A stretch of 64,000 nt of DNA, taken from positions 105,648,001 through 105,712,000 of the forward strand of contig NC_042999.1 of NCBI RefSeq assembly GCF_006345805.1, written 5' to 3'. This document shows, piece after piece, positions 1 through 13,349 of this stretch. Made by a program: the position numbers and the translations under genes. The notes under the pieces were generated by a model. That model had not been told where the DNA came from and ran no database searches. It worked only from the letters and a program-made list of their open reading frames with translations. Position 1 is the first letter of the stretch; each line of letters starts with the position of its first letter. The stretch is from Octopus sinensis (lineage: Eukaryota).

Positions 1-75
1 TGATTCAGACCCCAACATATATTTACACTTTGCTTGTATAAAATAATTACTTCCTCTTCCCCTAACTCTGGCACA

Positions 76-78
<3 letters not shown>

Positions 79-167
<89 letters not shown>
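79..167. repeat. (TA)n microsatellite
   Basis: Uninterrupted TA run. Confidence 0.98.
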
Positions 168-169
<2 letters not shown>

Positions 170-545
170 TGCAGGAGTGGCTGTGTATTAAATAGCTTGC
201 TTACCAACATTATGGTTCCGGGTTCAGTCCCATTGCGTGGAACCCTGGACAAGTATCTTGTACTATAACCTCGTCCTAAAAGCTTATATATGTATATGTG
301 TGTGTGAGTGTGTGTGTATGTGTGCGCGTGCGTGCGTCTGTGCGGTTGTGTTTGTCCTGGCACCATTGCTTGACAGCCGATGTTGATGTGTTTACGCCCC
401 CATTAATTAACGCTTCGGCCCAAATACCAATAGGTAAGTACTAGGCTTATAAAGAATAAGTCCTGGGGTCGATTTGTTCGAATAAAGGCGGTGCACCAGC
501 ATGGCCGCAATCAAATGAATGAAAAAAGTCAAAGAATAAGAGAGT
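168..545 (+). mobile_element. tRNA-derived SINE with internal (TG)n
   Basis: Head ggtgcaggagtggctgtg...ggttccgggttcagtccc (A/B-box-like). Body and tail are homologous to the copies at 590-975 and 10240-10645. Confidence 0.8.
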
Positions 546-589
546 ATGTATATGCGTATATACATCCATATATATATATTTCTCGTTTA

Positions 590-975
590 CTTCTCTTTTA
601 CTTGTTTCAGTCATTTGACTGCGGCCATGGTGGAACACCGCCTTTAGTCGAGCAAATCGACCCCAGGACTTATTCTTTGGAAGCCTAGTACTTAGTCTAT
701 CGATATCTTTTGCCGAACATCTAGGTTACGGGGACGTAAACATACCACCATCGGTTGTCAAACGATGTTGGGAGGACAAACACACACACAAAAATATATA
801 CACACACATACACGCACGCACACACAAACACATATATATACATATATACGACCGGCTTCATTCAGTTTCCATCTACCAAATACACTCACAAGTCTTTGGT
901 CGGCCCGATGCTATAGTAGAAGATACTTGCCCAAGGTATCACGGAACCATGTGGCTGGTAAGCAAGCTACATTAT
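590..975 (-). mobile_element. tRNA-derived SINE, same family, tail-to-tail with 168-545
   Basis: Reverse-complement homology, e.g. gcaaatcgaccccaggacttattcttt vs aaagaataagtcctggggtcgatttg. Confidence 0.8.
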
Positions 976-1689
976 TTCATTTTATTTTGCTTTAAAGGCA
1001 GTAAACAGAGTAGCTGCGGGCTGGACAAACACATTAATGAATGAAAATGAAATAAAATGAATAAATGAGACACGAAACCCAACACACACCGATTGGATAT
1101 TTCTCGAAAACATTTTCTTCTTATAAAAAATTCAATATGAGGTTTCAAACCTCTTACATAAAGGAAGCACTAAAACCTCTTACTTAACATTTTTTTGTTT
1201 TTAAAAAATGCACAATTGAGATTATAAACCACTACAAATATTGCAATAAGATGATATGTCAAGCCCTCTAACGAGGCTTTTTCACCTCCTACTCATCAAT
1301 ATATCCATCATAATCACCAATGCCGTTTGAGTTCCTGTACCCTGCCATTTCCCATGCATTATTCATGTCGAGGCATATGCCGTGTTAGGACCACCCGGCC
1401 ATATGTGACATCCCTCTTTAAATCTTTTAAGCTTTTAGCACGCGGAAAACCTTATGACCCCACAGCTATCTGCGGAGGCCATTCAGGATCCCGTGTAAAG
1501 GCCATATCTACTGTCTCTTTATGTTCTTCTACTATTTTTCCACTTACCCACCCTTGTAGAAAAAGATAAGTAATTCTTCATCTTTAAGTGTGAGGGTTAT
1601 TTCTACCACCGTGGGTGGCACAATTTCGAGAGATGCAGACGGCACATCATCATCCACCTGCAATGACCCGTTCTTTTTTCTTATTTAAG

Positions 1690-2200
1690 GACATTGTAGT
1701 TACTGCACATTCCACATCTATTGTCTCCACAATTCTTCAAACAGAATTTCTAATAACATTTGAATGAGAATTGTGCTATTCTGAGATAATTTTAAGAGCG
1801 TTTGGTTGAAGTTTGCTATTTCTTATGAAATTTTCATCAACTAGAGTGGGATTTGAAAATGTACTGGTAGGTTTGTTCTCGTAATATGTTGGTAATTTTT
1901 GGATCATGTTCTTTCATACACGGAATGATATTTTCTTCGATCTTTTACTAAGGCGTTCTCGGTTGTTTGATATCTAGATTCATTGTTTCTACAATTCCGC
2001 TTTAATTATTTTGAGAATAATTTGAAGGTTTCCTACTAAGTATTCCTAAAAACATAAAGTCATTAAAAGAAAAAAAACGAACAATGATGTTGCCACGATC
2101 CTCCTTGATTGTACTTTGTTTACTCAATGTCCCGTAAAGACTCGAAATATTTCCAATAATTGTAGTTCCTGAAGTCTGTTACAAGTATCAAAATTAAGCT
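1690..2200 (-). mobile_element. Decayed Penelope-like element fragment (RT-endonuclease linker)
   Basis: Frameshifted translation IIPCMKEHDPKITNI...IRNSKLQPNALKII...KNCGDNRCGMC resembles the PLE SKRQPxNL/CxxxC linker also seen at 14545-15005. Confidence 0.6.
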
Positions 2201-3269
2201 TAAATTGTGAAGGTCCAGGATAAAAGAAATGAAAGAATTTTGCCACATATTTGCAGACATCGTCACCAAATAAAATGAACATATAGCGGTTCTCTAAATT
2301 TTATTTTAGAATTTGAATTTGGTACTCTAAAGGAAAATAAAGGAAAATTGCGTTATATTCCATGAATGGCAAACACATATTTTGTTTTCCATTCATGATT
2401 TGAAGGAAAACAGAATTTTCACAATATTACCGAATTCATACTCAAGCATAGTATAACAATATTTCGGGTCGTTGGAAGCGAAACAATACAAATAAGTATT
2501 ATCACATGCATGTTTTCATAATTTCCTGTCCCTGACAAATGGTGCTATCACACACTCGGATAAGGCAACAAATGCAAAGAAAATGTACTACAAAATTATG
2601 ACATTAACGAACTTTCTGTAAAGAGTGTGGATAAATTGCAATATAGATCGGGAAGCGCTTTGAAAATTTAATTCCAGTTTCAGACGGATGAACGAAACTA
2701 CGTGTATCAGTTATTCAATGAAACACCATAACTGAAGAGATAATCGGTTTGAAAGCTTACAAAGATAAGACACGAAGCGGAAATGCAAACAGCCTCTGAA
2801 AAAGGATACCAAGAAATACTGTATAAACCAGAAGATAATATCAAAGACGGGAAGCCATATAAAAGGAAACAGTCCATACAACACGCAAAATAGAAAATAA
2901 TGCTGATAATGAAAATAAGAATGGCTATGATGACGATAATATTAGTAAAAGCAATATGATACAACACGCACAAACACACACACACACGCATACACCTATA
3001 CGCATGCATACAGACGTACACACAAGCACGCGCACAAACATACGCGCGCGCATGTGTGCGCGTAAGTATATATTATAAACTCCCGTTGAAGACCACGTAT
3101 AAGTGTTCAACGTCTGCCGAACGACCTGCAAATATGATTTGTTTATAGTGATTAAATGTTCGTGCCACACATTAGCTCACTCTTTCCATCAGCTGCACTG
3201 TGTACCTCACGTTAGGTGTCAGGTGTCGAAGTGATCATATAGCAACGCACCGGCCATACTGTTACCATC

Positions 3270-3450
3270 TACCGCTTCCCACACCTACCAAACCTCCACA
3301 CTGCCCCTCCCACGAATCATACTCCGAGCCTTCCAGCGATTCCTGACCGACTCTCCACTTCGCACATTTTCCTCGACCTACCCATTCCCTCCTTCAAACG
3401 AGTCCACAACCTAAGTGGCCTCCTGGTCCACAGTTACTTCCCTAATCCCT
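3270..3450 (+). mobile_element. Decayed Penelope-like element fragment
   Basis: LPRIILRAFQRFLTD / IFLDLPIPSFKRVHNLSGLLVHS across one frameshift, matching the PLE PxxSFRRxxNLxxxLVHS motif. Confidence 0.65.
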
Positions 3451-3520
3451 TCTCCCAACATATATGTATGTATGTATATATATATTTATATGTGTATATA
3501 TATATATAATATATATATAT

Positions 3521-3622
3521 ATGAGGGGTGTATGAAAAACTTGAGCCTCAAATAAACAAAACATAGTGCAAGACTTCATGGCCCAAGGCCTTGAAGGTTC
3601 AAATCTCTCATACACCCCTCGT
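3521..3622. mobile_element. ~100-bp mariner-type MITE
   Basis: TIRs tgaggggtgtatga / tcatacacccctcg flanked by TA; no coding capacity. Confidence 0.75.
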
Positions 3623-3659
3623 ATATATGCCTATATATGTATATATATATAGGTATATG

Positions 3660-3692
<33 letters not shown>

Positions 3693-3798
3693 GTGTATGT
3701 ATATATATATGTATATATATATATGTATATGCATATATATGTATATGTATATATACATGTATATATATATATGTATATATATATATGTATACATATGA

Positions 3799-3858
<60 letters not shown>
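3623..3858. repeat. Imperfect (TA)n/(TATG)n microsatellite
   Basis: Direct reading. Confidence 0.95.
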
Positions 3859-3913
3859 GAAAAAATAAGTCAAAATAGAAAATGCTAAAATAATTTTATA
3901 AAGAACATTTCAG

Positions 3914-3966
3914 AAAAATTTGGAACGCTTCACGAATTTGCGTGTCATCCTTGCGCAGGGGCCATG
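3914..3966 (-). pseudogene. RNU6: 5'-truncated U6 snRNA copy (3' 53 nt)
   Basis: Minus strand reads CATGGCCCCTGCGCAAGGATGACACGCAAATTCGTGAAGCGTTCCAAATTTTT, the conserved U6 ISL and 3' end. The 5' half including ACAGAGA is absent. Confidence 0.93.
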
Positions 3967-4191
3967 TATATGTATATATATATATGCATATGTGTATATA
4001 TATATATATACCACCCAGCGAACATCCACCATGGGTCATCACATTTGCTTAAGGTAAAAATGAATTCCTCACTCTTTCGGAAACATCAATCTTCTGTATT
4101 GACCGCTTTCCACCACTTTGATCTGTTTTTTGTATTGAATACGTATCGCCACCGTGGGCCACTGCATCGAACACTTTGAACATATACTTCA

Positions 4192-4261
4192 AACTATATA
4201 TCAACTATACATGAACTATATATCAACTATACATGAACTATTTATCAACTATACATGAACT
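4192..4261. repeat. 22-bp tandem repeat x3
   Basis: aactatatatcaactatacatg repeated three times with one substitution. Confidence 0.9.
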
Positions 4262-4371
4262 CTAAGATGTCTGACTCCGTTGTGTATTATAAATGAATTT
4301 CTTGTGTTTGACGGCATGAGCTGTCTTTTTTTATATATAACTTTTTTTGATAAAGTTCATTTCAGGAACTG

Positions 4372-4576
<205 letters not shown>

Positions 4577-4799
4577 TGTATATATATTCAGCTATATATA
4601 TATGTATGTATAGTGGGGGATGGGAGGGGTTATATAACATAATGTCCGTAGCCACTTTACAGTAGCTGTTCCGTTCGAGCGGACTTTACTACGAATATTT
4701 TATCCCAAGAGGACATTTCCTCTAGCTGCATCTCTTAGAAAGATTTTAAAACTGTACACATATACACACACATACATGCGACAATGCATGAAGATATAA

Positions 4800-5535
4800 G
4801 TAGTAAGCTCTGGGATGATAGTCACATTCATCATCAAAGCAGTCTATCATGGACCAACTGATGGATTACTACCTCCCACTTTGTATGGTATGCGTCTGTA
4901 ATCCAGGAACAGGAAATATCAACCAAATACCTGATGCTCAACGGGGATAGAGATGCAGCAAAAGCAGTAAAATGTGACAACCGATGCAGACTTTGTAGAA
5001 TTATCACCGAAAATATCACCTAAATCATATGGGTTTTTCCGAAAAAGACGTCACGGTATTATCTAACGATGAATCATGATGTAACTAGGATAATATATAA
5101 TAAAATCCATCTGAAGGATAACCCCAAGGACAAAGAAATAAGAACCTACAGTATGGTAGAGGCTATATCTACACATAATAAAAAAGGAGTACTGGTGGAA
5201 CGTCCCAGTGAAGACCTCAATAAAATGTAAGCACAACAGACCTGATATAAGTATTTGGGATGCAGAAGAGAAAATGTGCACAGTTGTGGAAATTAGCTGC
5301 CCAATTAACAGTGAAAAAGAGAATACCTACGCTGAACTATTGAGAAATCTCCAGTTACTGAATCTAGATTACAAGTTCAGGTTTATAACTGTATTTATTG
5401 GGGCCCTGAGATATATAACACACTGCCTAAATACCCATCTTGCGAAATTAGAAAGGAAAAAGCTAATTTGAAGATTACAGATCCAATCCACAACTGGAAC
5501 TGTAAAATATGTGAGACATTTCTCAAGTGTATAAT
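4800..5535 (+). mobile_element. R4/Dong-like non-LTR retrotransposon 3' fragment (CCHC + RLE), decayed
   Basis: IQEQEISTKYL...CDNRCRLC, then HNRPDISIWDAEEKMCTVVEISCP...IGAL (ORF 5208-5471). Confidence 0.8.
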
Positions 5536-5614
5536 TTAAATATGTATGTGCATGTCGAGATATGCAACTATGTATTCTCATGCATAAAATAAAACATACA
5601 CATCTGCACACATA

Positions 5615-5690
5615 AATACATACACACATACATACATACATACATACATACATACATACATACATACATACATACATACATACATACATA
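5615..5690. repeat. (TACA)n microsatellite
   Basis: Direct reading. Confidence 0.95.
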
Positions 5691-8600
5691 CCCTGTTTTT
5701 GATGTTGAAATATGAAATTTGTTACCTTCTCTAAATATATAAGGGTATTCTCTATTTCTTTCCTTATTCACGGAGTTTTTCATTATTTGCATATTTTACT
5801 TACTTTTCAATAATTTTGATTGGTTTTACGCCAACAAATTTTGTCTAATCAGCTTTATATATTTTGTATATCTACACAACTGAACAGACAGAATATTTTA
5901 GAACAAACTAATAGGAATTTTGTTGATTAGACTCCAGCAAGACTCCAAGAGAGTGGTATCAGTTTTAATCACTATAATTGTATGTCTGTTTTCATTTTAC
6001 TCGATTGTATTTGATGCTGATGCGCTTCCACTGGTGATGATGATGAATGGTAACGGAAGAAGTTTTGAAAACATGAAATAATATTGATCATATTAGTGAA
6101 ATAAAAGTAGGTAACATAATAGGCTAATGTTAGTGTACATTTCTTTGACTCTGTAATTTACGACTTATTAAACCTATATTCGTAGTGCTGTTTAATGTAA
6201 CCTAGGAGTTCTTAATGGTAGTGATCACTATATAATTGTATTTAATATTTAGTCTTCTAGTGAGGTGTAGATATATATATTGACGTATGAGGTGTAGACA
6301 TATATTGACGGAATATAGAGCGCAGGTTCGGCTCATTGTAAGGAAATAATCTCTTCACATTTGATATATCAAATGATTCGACAATATTCATATGGCATCA
6401 CTGGCATGTTTTCGTTTAGCAATTGTCTTGATATGTTTCATTTTGGGCACGCAACACAGTCAATATATTTGAAGCAATGCATTATTTGAGCTGTTTGTTG
6501 ATGTTTCCTCTATGTCAATGGAAAGTAAAGTGTTCTTTAAATATTTAGCTCAACACGTCTCTAGGTTTGCACATGCATTTTGCATTAATCTATAGTCTGA
6601 CGTCGACGACAATTCTATAAGTATTCAGCCTTTACACCTATGAAGTGTTACTTGTGGGAGCAACATGTATATGGACATATTCGTGAATTGGGTGAAATAA
6701 TTTTGAGGGTTTATATTATGAGACACGGTAAAGAACATTAACTAACATGCTGTAGATCTGGCTCTTTTGAAGAAGCATATATCATTATAGCAATAGAAGA
6801 ATGGCAGAAAGCAAGTGTGTGTACGTGTGTGTGTTTGTGTGTATGTGTGTGTGTGCATGTGTATGTGCATTGGAGTGGTGTTAGTTGTTTATAACTTCTT
6901 CGTGGATGAATTCTTACGAATTTATGAAAGCGCCTTTGGATACAGCTTTATAATTATCAACTGTCATATTGACTTTCTTACAAGTAGTAGGCGTATCATA
7001 CGATACGTGTTTCCTATTACTTATTTTATATAAGATTTAATACTTCTGCCCTGACCTGTAATAGCATGTAAATGAAACTAAACACTTCACGAAATTGAAT
7101 TCAAAATCTAGAAGATCTACGTATAATGTGACTAAACAGTGAGAGTTTTGCCTGCACCACACTTCTACAGTTCTACACCCAATAATATCAATGGGAGTAC
7201 ATTCAGGTAAATTATGTATTTTAGCTTCCATACTCTATGTCTTACGTAGCCAGTACTTCATCCTAATTCTTTCTCTTAATTACAAACCACTTGTTTGTAT
7301 TAATGTTCTTATTTAAAGAGATGCTACAACCACATTCATACACAATTCATATCTGAAAACATAAAGAAATGACATTTGACTTCTACGCAATACGTTTAGT
7401 GTCCAGCGATTTGCAACGTTCTTTCCTATATTACTACACCGGTTTGTATTAATTTGAAGAAACCACCTCACTTAACCTTTTCTGTGCAAATTCAGTTGAC
7501 TAGCTTGTTTTATAAAACATTGTTAAATTAGATATCTCCTTCCTTCAAATGCATTCAATTTGAACATATATCTTGCCTGAACATATATCAACAGATGCCT
7601 GGAAATGACAACATAAGCTACTTCGATATTTCAGTATGATATAAAAGTTCTAAAGATTTAAATTAAAAATTTTAAATTATGGCCTCTAATCTTGGCACAC
7701 AGTAAGAAGTATACCTGTAGATTGTATGTTGTATCTTAAGAACCTTAATAATCATACTAAAGATATTCTAATAACAAAGAGTAACTTAATGTTGAGAAGT
7801 TTTCGTCTATATCCTACAGAGTTTTCTATTAAACCACACTCATAGAACGAATGATAGAATAATCTAATTCCTGCATGAATTTTTAAGAAACTAATTGCGC
7901 CGATTTATTATAGAACGAACAAAATTTGTATATACGGTGATGTAGAAACGATTACATATTTCTTCCACGCGTACTTTGGACATATATTACGTATTTATAT
8001 GGATTTAGCATCTTTGTTAATTCCAAAGGGAAGGAGCTACCTACTTGCAATAAGAAATTTCAATAAAAACCAAGGAATGTGAAAGCATATGAAAAGTACA
8101 TGCACACACACCCATGCTCACGCACACAAACATATATATTGTAATGTATCGATATTCTTTTGTATTATCTATATTGAATATCTTACAAATTCTACTAAGT
8201 GGTTATCATGTATAATACTATTTTATATACGTTTACTAGACCTATCTCCACCATTAATTATATCAGCTAGGTAGCACGTCTTTAAAAATTAATATATATA
8301 CAAAAGAAACATTTATAAATCGTCGTGAATTATATGAACAGAAAGCAAGGAAAGAGCGATAGATAAAGGAAGATATATTCAATTTGAGGGTGGACAACTT
8401 CCCGGAATTTCAATAAAACTACTCGACTGGAAACACCACTATTGACGTGGTAAGTTAAATGAGGGTTAATCAAAGAATGTGCTATAAATTCATTGTCTAA
8501 GTAGAATAGAAGTTAATATTCCATGTGAAAACGTTATCTAATAGAATTTCCATAGACTTATACTAAATTAACAATGAACTATTAATCTCTAGATTAAATT

Positions 8601-8785
8601 TCCTTATTCATTTCTTTGCTTTCAAGTGTGAAATATATGAAAGACGTATGAGAATTTTATGCTAGAAATGGTGTCTGTGTTACAATAAGGATGATTTGAA
8701 AATACAGACAAACAAGTACATTCCACTTCAAATATCGAGCATGGTCGCGGTTGTTCACACACGTACAAAAACATATGTATGCGTA

Positions 8786-8880
8786 TATAATATAATATAA
8801 TATAATATAATATAATATAATATAATATAATATAATATAATATGACATAATATAATATAATATAATATGATATAATACAA
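8786..8880. repeat. (TATAA)n pentanucleotide repeat
   Basis: Direct reading. Confidence 0.95.
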
Positions 8881-9225
8881 TATATATATATATATATGTG
8901 TGTATGTGTGTGTGTGTGTGTGTGTGTGCGTACATGCGCGTATATTCCTTATGCATTGGAAAACTTTCTTGCCGATTTTCACTATGGGGTATCAAAAAAT
9001 TCCGTAATCTTTCGGCTACCAGACAAAACTTTAGTTTCATTTACATATTTGTATTACAAAAATTTAACATTAGAATCTTCCTATAAAGTCAACTATCGTA
9101 AACGACATTTCATACGTCGACGACGACGTTGTCGACGTCGCGTCCTCCTCCATATCGTCATTCGACGTAAGGTATTTCGATAGATGGACAAAGGTAAATA
9201 GTCCAAATGTGTGAGTGAATTAGAA

Positions 9226-9265
<40 letters not shown>

Positions 9266-10121
9266 TGAAACATATAGAGTAAAAGACGAACTACTACAAA
9301 AGGGGAGAGAGAATATATATGAGCGAGAGAAACACAGGATTTGAAAAAGACAGAGAAGAGAGAAAGAAACAGAGGGAGAAAAACAAGTTTTTATAGGAGA
9401 ATTTGAAAGAGTGAGGGAAAGCGAGAGTGAGAGAGACATTGATGTTTGACAATGTATGTGTTTTATAGGTAAAGGTGAAAGAAAACCGGCACAAAGAGGA
9501 GGGAGAAGCGAGAAAGTGGGAAAGAGAGAGAGAGAAGATGAAACTGTATATGTTCATGCTTTGTGTGTTTGCGTGCATTCGGCGTTCCATAATTGCCTTT
9601 TATTTCAACCACCCCTGTGAAGATATTCACGAGACTTTCACTCATCTTTTTTTTTTAACCCCCATTTTAAATTTTGATAAAGTTTCCAAAAAAATATTCG
9701 TACTTTCTACAAGAGGAAATGGAGTAGATGTAGATGATAAGTACTCTACAGTGAAGCAAAGACGAGTAGAGGTTGTCACAACGCTACTAGTGACGCCTGC
9801 ACAACAACAGCTACGACATGAAAACGTTCGAAAATGAGCTCCTGCAAGCAATGAGTCACAAGATGCAAGGGGAAAACGGTTAGATCAATTAAGTCAACAA
9901 TATGCAATCTGCAGAAGCCAAGAGTCAAAAGAAGGAAAGATAAAAACATTTCAAGTATGCCAGACAACGACAAGCTGCCAGGGTCACCAATAAATATATA
10001 TATATATGGCAATTTCTGTTTATCTACCTGTTAACATCTTAGTGCCTAATCCAGCGAACCAATGTTCTCAACATTTTGCATACATCTTACTCTAACATCC
10101 AGTTCAACAATAGGCTAATTG

Positions 10122-11402
10122 TCAGGTCATCCCATAAGTTCTGTCCCAATTTACGTGTTTTATAATTGAATGAAACTTAATAGTATTTTAGAATGTCTAA
10201 TGGAATTAAAAATGATCTAAATTCATTTTACTCTTTACTATTTTACTCATTTACTTGTTTCAGTCATTTGACTGCGACCATGCTGGAGCACTGCCTTTAG
10301 TTGAGCAAATCGGCCTCAGGACTTATACTTTGTAAGCTTAGTACTTATTCTATGGGTCTCTTTTGCCGAACCGCTATGTTATGAGGATGTAAACACACCA
10401 ACATCGGTGGTCAAACGGTGTTGGGAGGACAAACATACACACAAACATATACACACATACATATTTATATATGCATATATATTTGACGGGCTTCTTTCAG
10501 TTTCTGTCTACAAATCCACTTACAAGGCTTTGTTCTGCTCGAGGTTATAGTAGAAGACACGTGCCCAAGGTGCCACACATTGTGACTGAACCCAAAACCG
10601 TGTGGTTGGTAAGCAAGCTGCTTACCACACAGCCACTCTTGCGCCTGTTTTTGTACATTTAAACTAATCAGATACTATTTTACAGAATAATAGAATTAAC
10701 ATTTCTTTGGTTAAAACCCTTTTTAATATGGAAGTATCCTAAGAGAATGTAAGGCACATAATGCTTTATGAGTACAAAAAGGAAACTCTGCAGCCGAAAT
10801 GTTAAACGTTTTAAACTGTGGATTGGTAAAAGGGAAAAAGCTCAACCATAATCGAGAAGGGGACTTCATGGAAAATAGGTTCTTCTCTGTATCTGGTGGA
10901 TAGAGAATTGTTACTACCTAATGCAATAGTCAATGCTTATGTCTACAGTCAGCAATTAGAGCGTTTGAACCAAGCTTTGAAGAAAAAAAGGCCCGCTTTA
11001 ATGAATGGGAAAAGAATGATATTTCATCAGGACAATGCGCGACCCCACACTGCAAAGATCACATCACAGAAGATCGAAGAGCTTCATTGGGAAAAATTCC
11101 TCATCCACCTTATTCTCCCGACCTTGCTCCTTCGAACTACCATTTGTTTCGTAGTTTACAGAGTCATTTGTGGGATATAACTTTCGCAAGCCTGGAGGAG
11201 ATCGAAACTGACAGTTCAGAGTTCTTCCCTCTGAAACCAAAAGAGTTTTACATACACGGGATTAAAAAGCTTGTAAACAGATGGAAGGAAGTCTTAGATA
11301 ATCAAGGAAAATTACATTGATGATTAAATTTCAATTAAATATAACATTCGATCACTTGTTTTCTTTATTCAAAATTCGGACAGTACTTATGGGATGGACT
11401 GA
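10122..11402 (+). mobile_element. Internally deleted mariner (DD34D) transposon with both TIRs; frameshifted transposase
   Basis: TIRs tcaggtcatcccataagttctgtcccaattt / aaattcggacagtacttatgggatggactga(ta). Motifs FHQDNARPH and HPPYSPDLAPSNYHLF (ORFs 10896-11180, 11087-11320). Confidence 0.9.
10240..10645 (-). mobile_element. tRNA-derived SINE nested in the mariner
   Basis: Head ggcgcaagagtggctgtgtggtaag ends at 10645. It interrupts mariner sequence that is contiguous in the 25494 copy. Confidence 0.85.
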
Positions 11403-11999
11403 TATATTTCAATAAAAATCTATAACGTGCACCCCGTTCCTAAGGCGTTGAGCAATTTATATGATAAAATGTATTAGTATGGGGGGAAAGGAAGTAATAG
11501 AGAGAGGTTGACATATCAGCGAAGGCCTGAACAGCGGTGTCAGTGGGATGGTAACATTACTACAGAACACACACACGCACACGCATACATACGCACGCGC
11601 ACACACATACGCACGCACAGAAAGTGGGGTGGGAAGAATATGTAACTTTAAGGAGAGAGTGGGTAGGTAGTTTTTTGCTGTCCATCGAAATTAAATACTT
11701 ATACACAGACATACACACATTCATGCATAGGTTCACATACATTCGTACGGATATACATATGTCTACTATACACCATTTTAAACTTGTGATTACCTGTGCG
11801 TACGTTTACAAATGTGTGTGTGTGTGAGACGCCCTATATTGTCTGTTTCTCTACGTTTGTAGGGTCACATATTTAAAATTACGTCAAAATCTCCAAATTT
11901 GCCACATTGAAAGAATTTTCCACATTTTCTGATTTTTAAATTAATTTGTTCCAGAAATGTTGCAGAAAAATGTTACTGAGGCTGGAAGTTTAATCAGTT

Positions 12000-12250
12000 T
12001 TACCTTCGTTTGGGGATCACACCTACTTTATCATCTCCCTTTCTTCCTAGCTCCCATGTGTGAACCCTCTGTCCGGAATTCGCCATGATAGATCGCTAGC
12101 TATTAAACCCTTCTCTAGTTTTTCTCCTTGTTTATTTCTGTGATCCTTTCTGTCAAGGTGCGTAGGCTCGAAACGTAAAAGACTTTCTCCCTTCCCGAGA
12201 GTTAAACTAATACATCTGTTTGGTGTTTACTCACCCGTCTTCGTCTTTAA
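12000..12250 (+). mobile_element. PLE-like terminal module with decayed minimal hammerhead (12146-12181)
   Basis: cttt-CTGTCAA-g-gtgc gtag gctc-GAAA-CG-TA-aaag; tail resembles the family at 32678-32888. Confidence 0.5.
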
Positions 12251-13184
12251 TTTCCAGACAGATAAAGTGAGAGACAGAGAGAGAAACATATAGACAGACA
12301 GACAGATAGATGCAAGCAAGGGAACGCAGAAAAATAAACGTACAAATTGCTGACAGTATATATTATAGATTAAAAATGATATAATGCAAGAAGAATATAA
12401 CACATTATTACTATATTTCCAAGCATGTTATATATATATGTAGGTAGATTTATAGCTCCATAATATCTAAGTAAAAAAAAAGCCTTATAACATTCAATTT
12501 GTGAGATTCTTCTGTTTAGAAAGTTATACGCTACTTTATTCCGTAGAAGAAAGAAAACGCACCTAATATATCCTATGGTATGTCATCATTTTAGAACGAA
12601 AAACCAGTGATTGTGTATCCAAAGAAGAATAATGCAAATTGTCAGTCTGTTTGACAGTTAGATGGAACTTTAAATATTTGAAATAGTCAATTACATCGTC
12701 GCAGTCTTTCTTTCGTTAATAATATCAGATTCAACACATCTGATAATAATAGGATATGGCACCTATATACCATAGCATCTAAACAGAAATTCACAATAAA
12801 TATACTTATTATAGAAGTAAATGTATACTGAATATAAAATTAATTGCAATCATAAAGTGGTGAATTATAAATGTTTGATGAAATACAGCATATTGTAATT
12901 GTGAGAAGAAAATGATGTTGATGATTTGAAATCTGAAAGATTTGTAAATCTGAAGATTTGTAAAGAATATTAGTGAAGTATATTTCCGATGAAATAGAGA
13001 TGTATAAACTAAATATTTTCGAAAATTTAATATTTCTTGTTAAATAAAACTATTGTTACTTGTTACTCTTGAATATGTTCGGGTATCGAATTTGACACGT
13101 TATGAACATGCCTATATATCCTAAGAAAGATGGGAGACACACATTAATGATTTTTATAAAAATATTACGACTTCACTTTGAGCC

Positions 13185-13324
<140 letters not shown>

Positions 13325-13349
13325 TGCATACACGTGTGTATGTGTGTGT

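Noticed and set aside
1330-1680. GC-balanced segment beside the Penelope remnant
   Set aside because: Stops in the frames examined and no assignable motif; left unclassified.
9114-9138. CpG-rich hairpin acgtcgac/gtcgacgt
   Set aside because: Explained by a short (CGA)n/(CGT)n repeat; too short to be meaningful.
9700-10000. Coding-looking purine-rich stretch (ORF 9475-9837 plus continuation after one TGA)
   Set aside because: No recognisable domain, an in-frame stop, and the upstream part is GA repeat.
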